Below, piece by piece: positions 50,264 to 58,517 of a stretch of DNA of 64,000 nt. The DNA is from Deltaproteobacteria bacterium. GTDB taxonomy: Bacteria > Desulfobacterota_D > UBA1144 > Nemesobacterales > JAJCZQ01. Location of the stretch: assembly GCA_029262335.1 (NCBI GenBank), contig JAJCZQ010000048.1, positions 3,844-67,843 on the forward strand, written 5' to 3'. The translations under genes were made by a program, and so were the position numbers. The stretch's first letter is position 1. Each line of letters begins with the position of its first letter. The notes under the pieces were generated by a model that saw only the letters and a program-made list of their open reading frames with translations, searched no databases and had not been told where the DNA came from.

Positions 50264-50830
50264 ATGCATACAGAAAGTGATCATGAACTTGCTCTAAGGG
50301 CGAAGTCCGGAGACGAAAGTGCGTTTAACGAATTAATGAGGAGGCATTATAAGGGAATTCTGAATTTCGTTTACAAATTTACTTATAAAGCTGATTTATG
50401 CGAAGACCTTACGCAGGAAGTATTTTTGAGAGTGTATAAATCTATTCATACATACGAACCGCAGGCAAAATTTTCAACCTGGTTGTACAAGATAGCAACA
50501 AACTTATGTCTTACACATTTGAAAAAGAAAAATTTAAATATTAGTCTGGATGAGATAAGGGAAAACATCGGTGAACTTGAAGACGTAAAGAGCGAGGATG
50601 CCCATAATCTAATGCAGAGAAAAGAGTTGAACGACAGGGTTATGAAAGCAATCAGTACTCTTCCTGAAAAAGAAAGACTCGCAATTACACTTTGTAAATA
50701 TCAGGGACTTTCATACCTCGAAGTATCAGAAGCTCTGGAATGCAGTGTCGGAGCAGTTAAAACACATATATTCAGGGGAAGGTCCAAACTGATAGATATC
50801 CTTAAACCACATATAGACGAGATAAATTAA
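50264..50830 (+). CDS. ECF-type RNA polymerase sigma factor (sigma-70 family)
   Basis: 188 aa. Region 2 (FNELMRRHYKGILNFVYKFT...AEDLTQEVFLRVYKSIHTYEP...FSTWLYKIATNLC) and region 4 HTH (LPEKERLAITLCKYQGLSYLEVSEALECSVGAVKTHIFRGRSKL). Confidence 0.85.
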   Translation: MHTESDHELALRAKSGDESAFNELMRRHYKGILNFVYKFTYKADLCEDLTQEVFLRVYKSIHTYEPQAKFSTWLYKIATNLCLTHLKKKNLNISLDEIRENIGELEDVKSEDAHNLMQRKELNDRVMKAISTLPEKERLAITLCKYQGLSYLEVSEALECSVGAVKTHIFRGRSKLIDILKPHIDEIN

Positions 50831-50831
50831 A

Positions 50832-51302
50832 ATGATTGATGAAAAAACATATCAGGAAATAGAAGATTATTTTTCAGGAGAACTTAACGAAGAAGAGAGT
50901 AAAAGCCTTTTGTTAAAAGTTAAGGAATCTGAAGAACTCAGGGTTCATTTCGAGGAATCGGAAAAACTATGGGACTATATGTCTTCGCTGGAGACTATTG
51001 AGCCCGGCCCTGATTATATCCAAAAATTCTGGAAAGCTGTTTCGGAAGATGAAGAAAAGAAAAACAGATCATTCTTCAATTTTAATTTTATGAACAAAAA
51101 GTGGGCCTTTGTTTCTTCACTTGCAGTATTATTATTGCTGAGCACAATAATAATTAATAACTTCGTAGTTGATGAAGAAAAGAGCGGTTACGTGTATGAT
51201 GCTGATGATGAATTGCTTGTAAATAATCTTGATGAAGCGTTAAGTAAAAATAGTCCTGAAGGGCTGAATGTGTATGGCCCCTGGGACGATCTTGAAAATT
51301 AA
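50832..51302 (+). CDS. Putative anti-sigma factor (single-pass membrane protein co-transcribed with the ECF sigma)
   Basis: 156 aa. Its start follows the sigma-gene stop by 1 nt. Acidic N-terminal region, one TM (WAFVSSLAVLLLLSTIIINNF), short C-terminal domain. No zinc-finger HxxxCxxC motif is seen, so the assignment rests on position and topology. Confidence 0.45.
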   Translation: MIDEKTYQEIEDYFSGELNEEESKSLLLKVKESEELRVHFEESEKLWDYMSSLETIEPGPDYIQKFWKAVSEDEEKKNRSFFNFNFMNKKWAFVSSLAVLLLLSTIIINNFVVDEEKSGYVYDADDELLVNNLDEALSKNSPEGLNVYGPWDDLEN

Positions 51303-51304
51303 TA

Positions 51305-51796
51305 TTGGGAGATTTAGTGTTGAAATATAACAGAATATTCACTTTAATATTTTTAATTACTCTTTTATTCACAAGTTCCGTGTTCGCTGGCAAAAACAAT
51401 GAAAAAAAACTTTGGTGGAGAAACGGACAGGTTGTTGAAGAACTGGAGCTGACTCCCGCACAGGTTAAGAGTATAGAATCTATTTTTCAAAGGTATAAGG
51501 GTGAAATAAAATATTTCAATAAAGAACTTAACAAAAAGGAAAACAAACTCCAGAAACTTATTCAAAATCCAGATTCAACAAGAGAAGATGTTCTTAAAAC
51601 AACTGATGAAATAAATATACTGAAAGCTGACGGGCATAAACTTAAGGTGAATATGTTTTGGGAAATAAGGGAATTACTGACTCCCAAGCAAAGAACCCAG
51701 CTTCGTTTAATAAAAGAAAGATATATGAAAGGAAAACCTAAGAATATCCTGTATTTCCCTGAAGACTGCATTTCAAATGATTATAAGTATTATTAA
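51305..51796 (+). CDS. Periplasmic LTXXQ-motif protein (Spy/CpxP-like envelope-stress chaperone family)
   Basis: Signal peptide (KYNRIFTLIFLITLLFTSSVFAG). Two LTxxQ motifs (LTPAQVKSI; LTPKQRTQL). The start could instead be GTG 51317 or TTG 51320. Confidence 0.6.
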   Translation: MGDLVLKYNRIFTLIFLITLLFTSSVFAGKNNEKKLWWRNGQVVEELELTPAQVKSIESIFQRYKGEIKYFNKELNKKENKLQKLIQNPDSTREDVLKTTDEINILKADGHKLKVNMFWEIRELLTPKQRTQLRLIKERYMKGKPKNILYFPEDCISNDYKYY

Positions 51797-51842
51797 TCAT
51801 TTGATCCTTATTTTTACCTAAGAATGAATTAAACTAATTGAT

Positions 51843-53843
51843 GTGTCAAACTTTGTTTTAACAAGCGATTATAAACCTATGGGCGACCAACCCAACGCTA
51901 TAAACAGCTTAATACAGGGTGTAAATGACGGTATAACTGACCAGGTGCTTCTTGGGGTAACCGGAAGCGGCAAAACATTTACAATAGCCAATGTTATTAA
52001 TTCTGTTCAGAGACCAACATTAATACTGGCACACAATAAAACCCTTGCAGCCCAGCTTTATTCTGAGTTAAAAGACTTTTTTACTGAAAACGAAGTGCAC
52101 TACTTTGTAAGCTACTACGATTACTATCAACCCGAAGCCTATATACCCGCAACTGATACATATATTGAAAAAGATTCTTCAATTAATGAAGTGATTGACA
52201 GACTGAGACATTCTGCAACAACTGCATTGTTTGAAAGAAGGGATGTTGTAATTGTTGCAAGTGTATCTTCAATTTATGGTATTGGTTCCCCATCTGATTA
52301 CTACGGTATGTTAACAATTCTCAAAAAAGGTGAAAACTACGGACGTGAAAGACTTATACAAAGATTAACAGAAGTACAGTACAACAGGAAGTTAAGTGAC
52401 CTGGAAAGAGGATGTTTCAGGGTAAAAGGCGAAGTTGTCGATATTTACCCATCCGACAAGGATTCTGTCGCCTACAGGACTGAATTCTTTGGTAATGAAG
52501 TCGAGAAAATAACTGAGATTGATCCAGTTAGCGGAAAAAAAATTAAAGAGGTAAACAAAATAACAATTTTTCCCGGTTCCCATTATGTAGCACCTAAAGA
52601 AAAATTAAAAAAAGCTATAAAAACGATAAAAGAGGAACTGGATGAAAGGCTTGAATATTTTAAGTCAGAAGGGATGGAAATTGAGAGGACAAGGATAAAT
52701 GAAAGGACAAATTACGACCTCGAACTTCTGAAGACTATGGGATTCTGCCCAGGCATTGAAAATTATTCAAGGCATATATCAGGAAGAAAACCGGGTGAAT
52801 CTCCTTATACTTTGCTTGACTATTTCCCTGATGATTTTCTTTGTATAGTAGATGAAAGCCACCAAATGGTTCCGCAGCTAAGGGCTATGTATAACGGAGA
52901 CAGAAGCAGGAAAATGACACTTGTGGAAAATGGTTTCAGGCTTCCATCTGCACTCGATAACAGGCCCCTTAATTTTGAAGAATTTACGCAGCGTGTAGGA
53001 CAGGTTATTTATGTATCGGCAACACCCGGGACTTATGAGTTAGATAAATCGAATGAATACATCGTAGAACAAATTATCCGTCCTACAGGATTAAGAGACC
53101 CGGAAATAATTATTAAGAGTGCGGAAAACCAGGTAGATGACCTTCTTGATGAAATAAAAGACAGGATTAAGAACAAGGAAAGGGTACTAGTAACAACACT
53201 TACAAAAAAGATGGCTGAAGATCTTGCATCGTATTATAAAGAGATAGGACTTAAAGTCAGGTATCTCCATTCAGATATTGATACACTTGAGAGAATAAAA
53301 ATTGTACGTGACTTAAGGCTTGGGGAATATGACGTACTTGTAGGCATAAACCTGTTAAGGGAAGGGCTTGATATCCCGGAAGTATCGCTGGTTGCAATTA
53401 CAGATGCGGATAAGGAGGGGTTTCTCCGATCTGAAACTTCGCTTATACAGACCTTCGGCAGAGCTGCGAGAAATCTAAACGGTAAAGTGATTCTTTATGC
53501 TGACAGGATTACCAACTCAATGAAAAATGCTATTGCAGAGACGAACAGAAGACAAAAAATACAGGACATTTATAACAGGGAAAACAATATTACTCCTTTT
53601 TCCATTAAAAAGGATATTTCAAATATTCTGGAATCAATTTACGAATCGGATTATCTAACTATTAATAAGGAAGAAGAAGATGAACTGTATAAAATTCCTC
53701 CCGAAAAGATACCCAAAGAGATTGAAACACTTTTCAGGGAGATGAAGAAATCATCAGGTAAACATGAATATGAAAAAGCAGCTGATATAAAAAAGAAAAT
53801 AAAAAAACTCAAGGAAATGGAAATAAAGTATTTACTCAGCTGA
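51843..53843 (+). CDS. uvrB: Excinuclease ABC subunit B
   Basis: GTG start. 666 aa. [20 protein letters not shown]...[10 protein letters not shown]...; helicase motifs; C-terminal UvrB/UvrC interaction coiled coil. Confidence 0.95.
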   Translation: MSNFVLTSDYKPMGDQPNAINSLIQGVNDGITDQVLLGVTGSGKTFTIANVINSVQRPTLILAHNKTLAAQLYSELKDFFTENEVHYFVSYYDYYQPEAYIPATDTYIEKDSSINEVIDRLRHSATTALFERRDVVIVASVSSIYGIGSPSDYYGMLTILKKGENYGRERLIQRLTEVQYNRKLSDLERGCFRVKGEVVDIYPSDKDSVAYRTEFFGNEVEKITEIDPVSGKKIKEVNKITIFPGSHYVAPKEKLKKAIKTIKEELDERLEYFKSEGMEIERTRINERTNYDLELLKTMGFCPGIENYSRHISGRKPGESPYTLLDYFPDDFLCIVDESHQMVPQLRAMYNGDRSRKMTLVENGFRLPSALDNRPLNFEEFTQRVGQVIYVSATPGTYELDKSNEYIVEQIIRPTGLRDPEIIIKSAENQVDDLLDEIKDRIKNKERVLVTTLTKKMAEDLASYYKEIGLKVRYLHSDIDTLERIKIVRDLRLGEYDVLVGINLLREGLDIPEVSLVAITDADKEGFLRSETSLIQTFGRAARNLNGKVILYADRITNSMKNAIAETNRRQKIQDIYNRENNITPFSIKKDISNILESIYESDYLTINKEEEDELYKIPPEKIPKEIETLFREMKKSSGKHEYEKAADIKKKIKKLKEMEIKYLLS

Positions 53844-53844
53844 A

Positions 53845-55905
53845 ATGGATATAAGAAAGACCCTTTCACTATTTACGCATCTTCTCGCTTTAACAGGATA
53901 TTTGTCCCTGATTTTAAGCAGCAGTTCCGATACAGCCCTAATATTAATCTATTTAACCGTACTTTTTGGAAGTTTGTATTTTGACTTTTTTAAGAATAAG
54001 TATCTGTTAAACAAATTCTATTGTAATGCTCTGGCAGTTCTTCTTCTTATTTTTCTTGGAGTAAGAGTCTTTCTCTTTAATGAAGAATTAATTGTCGTAC
54101 TTATTTATTTTATCGTATACATACAGCTGATTAAGTTTCTGGGGAAAAAAGAATCTAAAGACTATGAACAGATAGTCCTTATCAGTTTTTTTCAGTTACT
54201 GGCAGGAGCAGTGACTACGACAAAACTATTTTATGGAATATTCCTTGTTGTTTTCATATTATTCTCTGTAATAACAATCTTTTTATTCAATATTTATAAC
54301 GAACAATACGGTATAAAAGATGGCGTAAAAAAAGACCCAAAATTTAATTACAGGACCCTGTTTAGCTCCGGAACCGTGATTTGGTTAAGTGTTGTTGTCC
54401 TGAGTCTTTCCGTATTTCTTTTGATGCCAAGATTTAAAGGCAATTTCCTAACAAGTTCACTTCTAAACAAACAAAAATTGAGTACCGGTTTTAATGATGA
54501 AATCGAACTTGGCCAGGTGGGAGAAATAAAAAAAGACAGCTCTCCCGTAATGAGGGTCAAATTCCTGAATAAATCAAAAGCAGAGTTGCCCGAGATAATT
54601 TACTGGAGAGGTGTGGCACTGGATTATTTTGACGGAAAATTATGGACCCAGAGATTCAAAAACCAGAAATCAAGGATCGCAAAGAACTATGACGGACTAT
54701 TTATTATCGACAAAAGTAAAAAGGATGATATTGCAATACAGGAAATAGTTGCAGAGCCAATCGATACAGACGTGCTTTTTGCAGCTAATTCACCGGTTGC
54801 TTTTGGTGAACTTCCATTCAGAAGCCTTTATACGGTAAACAACTCTTATTATCACAGCGGCCACTTTACAAACAATATAAAATACCTGGCATTTTCAGAT
54901 ATTAATTACCCGGACAGTAGTGAATTGGAGAAAAATAATAAAAATTACCCGGATGATATAATTCTAAAGTATGCAGGTCCTTTCGCAGTAAGCCCTGATA
55001 TTGAAGAGTTTTCATACAGCTTCCACGATGAAAATCTAAATCAATATCAGATTGTTAAAAGTGTAGAACAATATTTAAAAAATAATCTTAGTTATACGAG
55101 GGTACTTGAAAATAGTGGTGATAGTCCTCCACTTGACCAGTTTCTCTTTGAGGGAAAACAGGGACACTGTGAATATTTTGCAACTGCAATGACAGTAATT
55201 CTGAGAAAAATGGAGATACCTTCCAGGCTCGTAACCGGATTTATTGGCGGAGAATACAACCGAATCGGAGAGTACTATTTAATAAGGGAGAGCGATGCAC
55301 ATGCGTGGGTTGAAGTATTTTTCCCTGGCAGCGGCTGGGTAACATTTGATCCGACACCGGGAAACGATACAGATTTTTATACAGGTTTTAATGTTCTTAC
55401 CGGGTCACTTGAATATCTTAGATACAGATGGAACAGGTACGTAGTTGACTATGGTGTTAATGATCAAAGAAGATTGTTGAAAAATATCAGCAACAGGTCA
55501 GCAAAATTTAATTTTAATTTGTCTTCAAAATTAAAATTAAATAATCCACGATTATATTTCGCGGTTATGGCATTAATCCTGTTGTTAATAATTATCTACT
55601 ACAGTTTTAAGAATAAAATACCTTCACTAATTAAAAGAGAAGCAAATAGTTCTCAGGCATCAGCTACCTATAAAAAATCTGTTAAATTAATGAAAAAAAA
55701 GGGTTTTATAAAAGGCCCTGGTATTACTTCAAAAGAGTTTGCTGAATATATTGAATCAAATGATACCGGAAAATATAAAGAGTTTTCAATAATAACAAAT
55801 ATTTATAACAGAATTAAATTCAGCGGTGTTGAAGATAAAAAATTATACGAAAAATTAAAAGCTTCATATAATCGCCTTAAAAGACAGTTACAGAAGGAAC
55901 AGTAA
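53845..55905 (+). CDS. Transglutaminase-like cysteine protease-fold membrane protein (DUF3488-type N-terminal TM domain plus TGase core)
   Basis: 686 aa. About 6 N-terminal TM helices. TGase core with catalytic Cys (GKQGHCEYFATAMTVILRKMEIPSRLVTGF), then His/Asp (DAHAWVEVFFPGSGWVTFDPTP), then a C-terminal TM. Confidence 0.75.
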   Translation: MDIRKTLSLFTHLLALTGYLSLILSSSSDTALILIYLTVLFGSLYFDFFKNKYLLNKFYCNALAVLLLIFLGVRVFLFNEELIVVLIYFIVYIQLIKFLGKKESKDYEQIVLISFFQLLAGAVTTTKLFYGIFLVVFILFSVITIFLFNIYNEQYGIKDGVKKDPKFNYRTLFSSGTVIWLSVVVLSLSVFLLMPRFKGNFLTSSLLNKQKLSTGFNDEIELGQVGEIKKDSSPVMRVKFLNKSKAELPEIIYWRGVALDYFDGKLWTQRFKNQKSRIAKNYDGLFIIDKSKKDDIAIQEIVAEPIDTDVLFAANSPVAFGELPFRSLYTVNNSYYHSGHFTNNIKYLAFSDINYPDSSELEKNNKNYPDDIILKYAGPFAVSPDIEEFSYSFHDENLNQYQIVKSVEQYLKNNLSYTRVLENSGDSPPLDQFLFEGKQGHCEYFATAMTVILRKMEIPSRLVTGFIGGEYNRIGEYYLIRESDAHAWVEVFFPGSGWVTFDPTPGNDTDFYTGFNVLTGSLEYLRYRWNRYVVDYGVNDQRRLLKNISNRSAKFNFNLSSKLKLNNPRLYFAVMALILLLIIIYYSFKNKIPSLIKREANSSQASATYKKSVKLMKKKGFIKGPGITSKEFAEYIESNDTGKYKEFSIITNIYNRIKFSGVEDKKLYEKLKASYNRLKRQLQKEQ

Positions 55906-56382
55906 ACTTCTAAACAGGATATAGGGGATAAAACTTAGAAGAGATATTAGAAATGCTCTTTCTGCAGAGATTTCAAGGGCATGTTTTAGAGCATATATAA
56001 ATGAAATTATTGTCCAAATTGATGTAATTGCAAGTAGCGGGATTGAAATAAAATGTAATAATCCAAATATGTTAAGGACTCCGGGTGAATAAGCCAGACC
56101 AAGCGTCCTTGCAAGCTGCGAAAAGGTTGCACTGTTTTTCATGACCTTTACACCAATCAAAAATATAATTAATGTCCATATAAGCCAACCAATGATGGAT
56201 GATAATAAATCCCTGATAATAGAACTGTCATTTGTCAGATTAATTGTACCAATACCCGTGCATAAACTCACAAGTAATACAATTAAAAGAGAACTTCTTA
56301 GAAATCCCGGATTATTTTTGGCCTGGAGGTAAACCTGTTTATCAAATTTTAGGGATTTTATGATTATTTTTAGTAATTGCAT
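55888..56382 (-). CDS. Hypothetical integral membrane protein (Yip1-like, 4-5 TM)
   Basis: 164-aa ORF, strongly hydrophobic. Convergent with the TGase gene and overlapping its 3' end by 18 nt. No motifs. Confidence 0.4.
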   Translation of the reverse strand: MQLLKIIIKSLKFDKQVYLQAKNNPGFLRSSLLIVLLVSLCTGIGTINLTNDSSIIRDLLSSIIGWLIWTLIIFLIGVKVMKNSATFSQLARTLGLAYSPGVLNIFGLLHFISIPLLAITSIWTIISFIYALKHALEISAERAFLISLLSFIPYILFRSLLFLL

Positions 56383-56472
56383 AAATTTATCTATCGGAAA
56401 ATATTAAATAAAAATAGTCTTCTTGCTCAAATTATATCGCTTATGTATTATATTACACAAATTATTATTTGA

Positions 56473-56497
56473 AAGCGGGTTGTAGCCCGCTTTTTTT
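56473..56497 (+). terminator. Intrinsic-terminator-like hairpin 11 nt upstream of the rimP start (candidate leader attenuator of the rimP-nusA-infB operon)
   Basis: AAAGCGGG-TTGTA-CCCGCTTTTTTT on the + strand. It terminates no + strand gene, since the nearest upstream + gene ends ~570 nt away. Confidence 0.5.
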
Positions 56498-56508
56498 ATT
56501 GTAAAAAT

Positions 56509-56979
56509 ATGGAAAACGAAACTGAAAATAGTGTAAATGATAATATATTGAATATGGCTAACCCCCTGTTAAGCGGCAAAAATATGGAGTTGGTTGATTT
56601 AGAGTTTAGAAAAGAAGGTGTTGGAAAAGTATTAAGGCTTTTTATTGACAAGCCGGATGGTGTAACTGTTGAAGATTGCGCAGTTGTCAGCAGAGAGTTG
56701 AGCACACTTTTGGATGTTAATGAAGTTATCAGTGAAAGATATGTTCTGGAGGTGTCTTCCCCGGGACTTAGAAGACCGTTAAAGAAAGTAGAAGACTTTA
56801 AAAAATATGAAGGTAAATTGGTTTTAATTAAGACAAATGAACTAATTGAAAACAGGAAAGTGTTTAAAGGGTATCTGAAAGATACTAATGATGAAGGAAT
56901 ACAGGTGGATATAGATGGTTCATTGTACAGTCTGTCCTTTCATCAGATAAAAAAAGCAAATTTAGAAATTGATTTTTAG
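56509..56979 (+). CDS. rimP: Ribosome maturation factor RimP
   Basis: 156 aa. ...VDLEFRKEGVGKVLRLFIDKPDGVTVEDCAVVSRELSTLLDV...YVLEVSSPGLRRPL is canonical RimP. Confidence 0.85.
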   Translation: MENETENSVNDNILNMANPLLSGKNMELVDLEFRKEGVGKVLRLFIDKPDGVTVEDCAVVSRELSTLLDVNEVISERYVLEVSSPGLRRPLKKVEDFKKYEGKLVLIKTNELIENRKVFKGYLKDTNDEGIQVDIDGSLYSLSFHQIKKANLEIDF

Positions 56980-56988
56980 GAGGCAGCA

Positions 56989-58470
56989 ATGCTTACGGAA
57001 CTCAGCAGAGTTATAGATTCCGTAGTTAAGGATAAGGGCGTCGATAAAGACGAAATAATAAAAGCAGTGGAAGATTCCGTACTTTCTGCTGCCGAAAAAT
57101 TATTTAGAATGGATGATAAATATAATGAACTTGAAGTCCATTATAATGAAGATGAAGGTGAAGTTGAACTTTTCGAATTTAAAGAAGTAGTAGAGGAGTT
57201 GCTTGACCCTGATGTTGAAATTATTTTAGACGAAGCAAGTGAATTAGACCCCGATGCGGAAATAGGTGACCTGATTGGTGTTAAGATAAATCCTGATTTT
57301 ACACGAATAGCGATTCAGAATGCTAAACAGAAAGTACTTCAGAAATTAAAAGAAGCAGAAGGCAGAGTAATTTTTGGTGAATTTATCGACAGGAAAGGCG
57401 ACCTGGTAGGCGGAATTGTCAGAAGGGTTGAAAGAAAAAATGTAATTGTCGATATTGGGAGGACTGAAGCAGTATTGCCTAAAGAGCAGCAGGTTCCAAG
57501 AGAATATTACAAGCCTAAAGAGAGAATCAGAGCAATTTTACTTGATATAGTTGAAGCCAAGAAAGGACCGCAGTTAATACTTTCAAGGTCAAGTAATGAG
57601 TTTGTAAGAAAATTGTTTATGACTGAAGTTCCGGAAATAAATGAACAAATCGTAGAAATTAAAGCAATTTCACGAGATCCGGGTGGAAGGACAAAAATAG
57701 CTGTAGATTCCAAAGACCCTGATGTTGATCCGGTAGGTGCCTGTGTAGGTATGAGAGGTGCAAGGGTTCAGAATATTATCCAAGAATTAAGGGGAGAAAA
57801 GATAGATATTGTCCCCTGGTCAAGTGATACTGCGAGGTATGCATGTAATGCCCTTTCTCCGGCTAAAGTAAATAAAGTAATTATAGATGAAAGCAACAGG
57901 GCTATGGAAGTTATAGTTGATGATGATCAGCTTTCACTTGCTATTGGACGAAAAGGCCAGAATGTAAGACTGGCTTCCCAGTTAACTAACTGCAAAATAG
58001 ATATTAAAACAGAATCAGAAGTTAAAAAAGAACAGCAGGAAGTTATATCTTTAATGATGAGCCTTCCAAAAGTAGGAGAGGTCTCTGCAAATCTACTCTA
58101 TAATGAGGGTTACAGAAGCCTTGAGGACATAGCATTTGCTGATCCTGAACAGCTTTTGAGGACTTCATCAGTAGATGAACTGGAAGAAATAGAGAAAATA
58201 CAGACTGCTGCACGTATAGCTTTAAAAAATAAACTTAAACAGATGACTGTTGAAGATATCAAAACAGATACAGAAGAAGTTCCGGTAGAAGTAAAAGATG
58301 AAACTACTAATTATGAAGACGATTCAAATACTACCGAAACAGAACCAATTGAAAATAGTGAAGAAGGTGATTCAAATACTTCCGAAACAGAGCCTATTAA
58401 AAAAAATGAAGAAGAAGATTCAATTGCTGCCAAATCAGAGCCAATTAAAAATAATGATGAAGAGGATTAA
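56989..58470 (+). CDS. nusA: Transcription termination/antitermination factor NusA with an acidic tandem-repeat C-terminal tail
   Basis: 493 aa. S1 and KH domains (..GDLVGGIVRRVERKNVIVDIGRTEAVLPKEQQVPRE..; ..DPVGACVGMRGARVQNI..). The tail repeats DSNT(T/S)ETEPI(E/K)N(S/N)EE(G/E)D about three times. Confidence 0.95.
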   Translation: MLTELSRVIDSVVKDKGVDKDEIIKAVEDSVLSAAEKLFRMDDKYNELEVHYNEDEGEVELFEFKEVVEELLDPDVEIILDEASELDPDAEIGDLIGVKINPDFTRIAIQNAKQKVLQKLKEAEGRVIFGEFIDRKGDLVGGIVRRVERKNVIVDIGRTEAVLPKEQQVPREYYKPKERIRAILLDIVEAKKGPQLILSRSSNEFVRKLFMTEVPEINEQIVEIKAISRDPGGRTKIAVDSKDPDVDPVGACVGMRGARVQNIIQELRGEKIDIVPWSSDTARYACNALSPAKVNKVIIDESNRAMEVIVDDDQLSLAIGRKGQNVRLASQLTNCKIDIKTESEVKKEQQEVISLMMSLPKVGEVSANLLYNEGYRSLEDIAFADPEQLLRTSSVDELEEIEKIQTAARIALKNKLKQMTVEDIKTDTEEVPVEVKDETTNYEDDSNTTETEPIENSEEGDSNTSETEPIKKNEEEDSIAAKSEPIKNNDEED

Positions 58471-58517
58471 ATTACTTTATTAAAAAGGTGATTATAAAGT
58501 AGAGATAAATAATAAAT

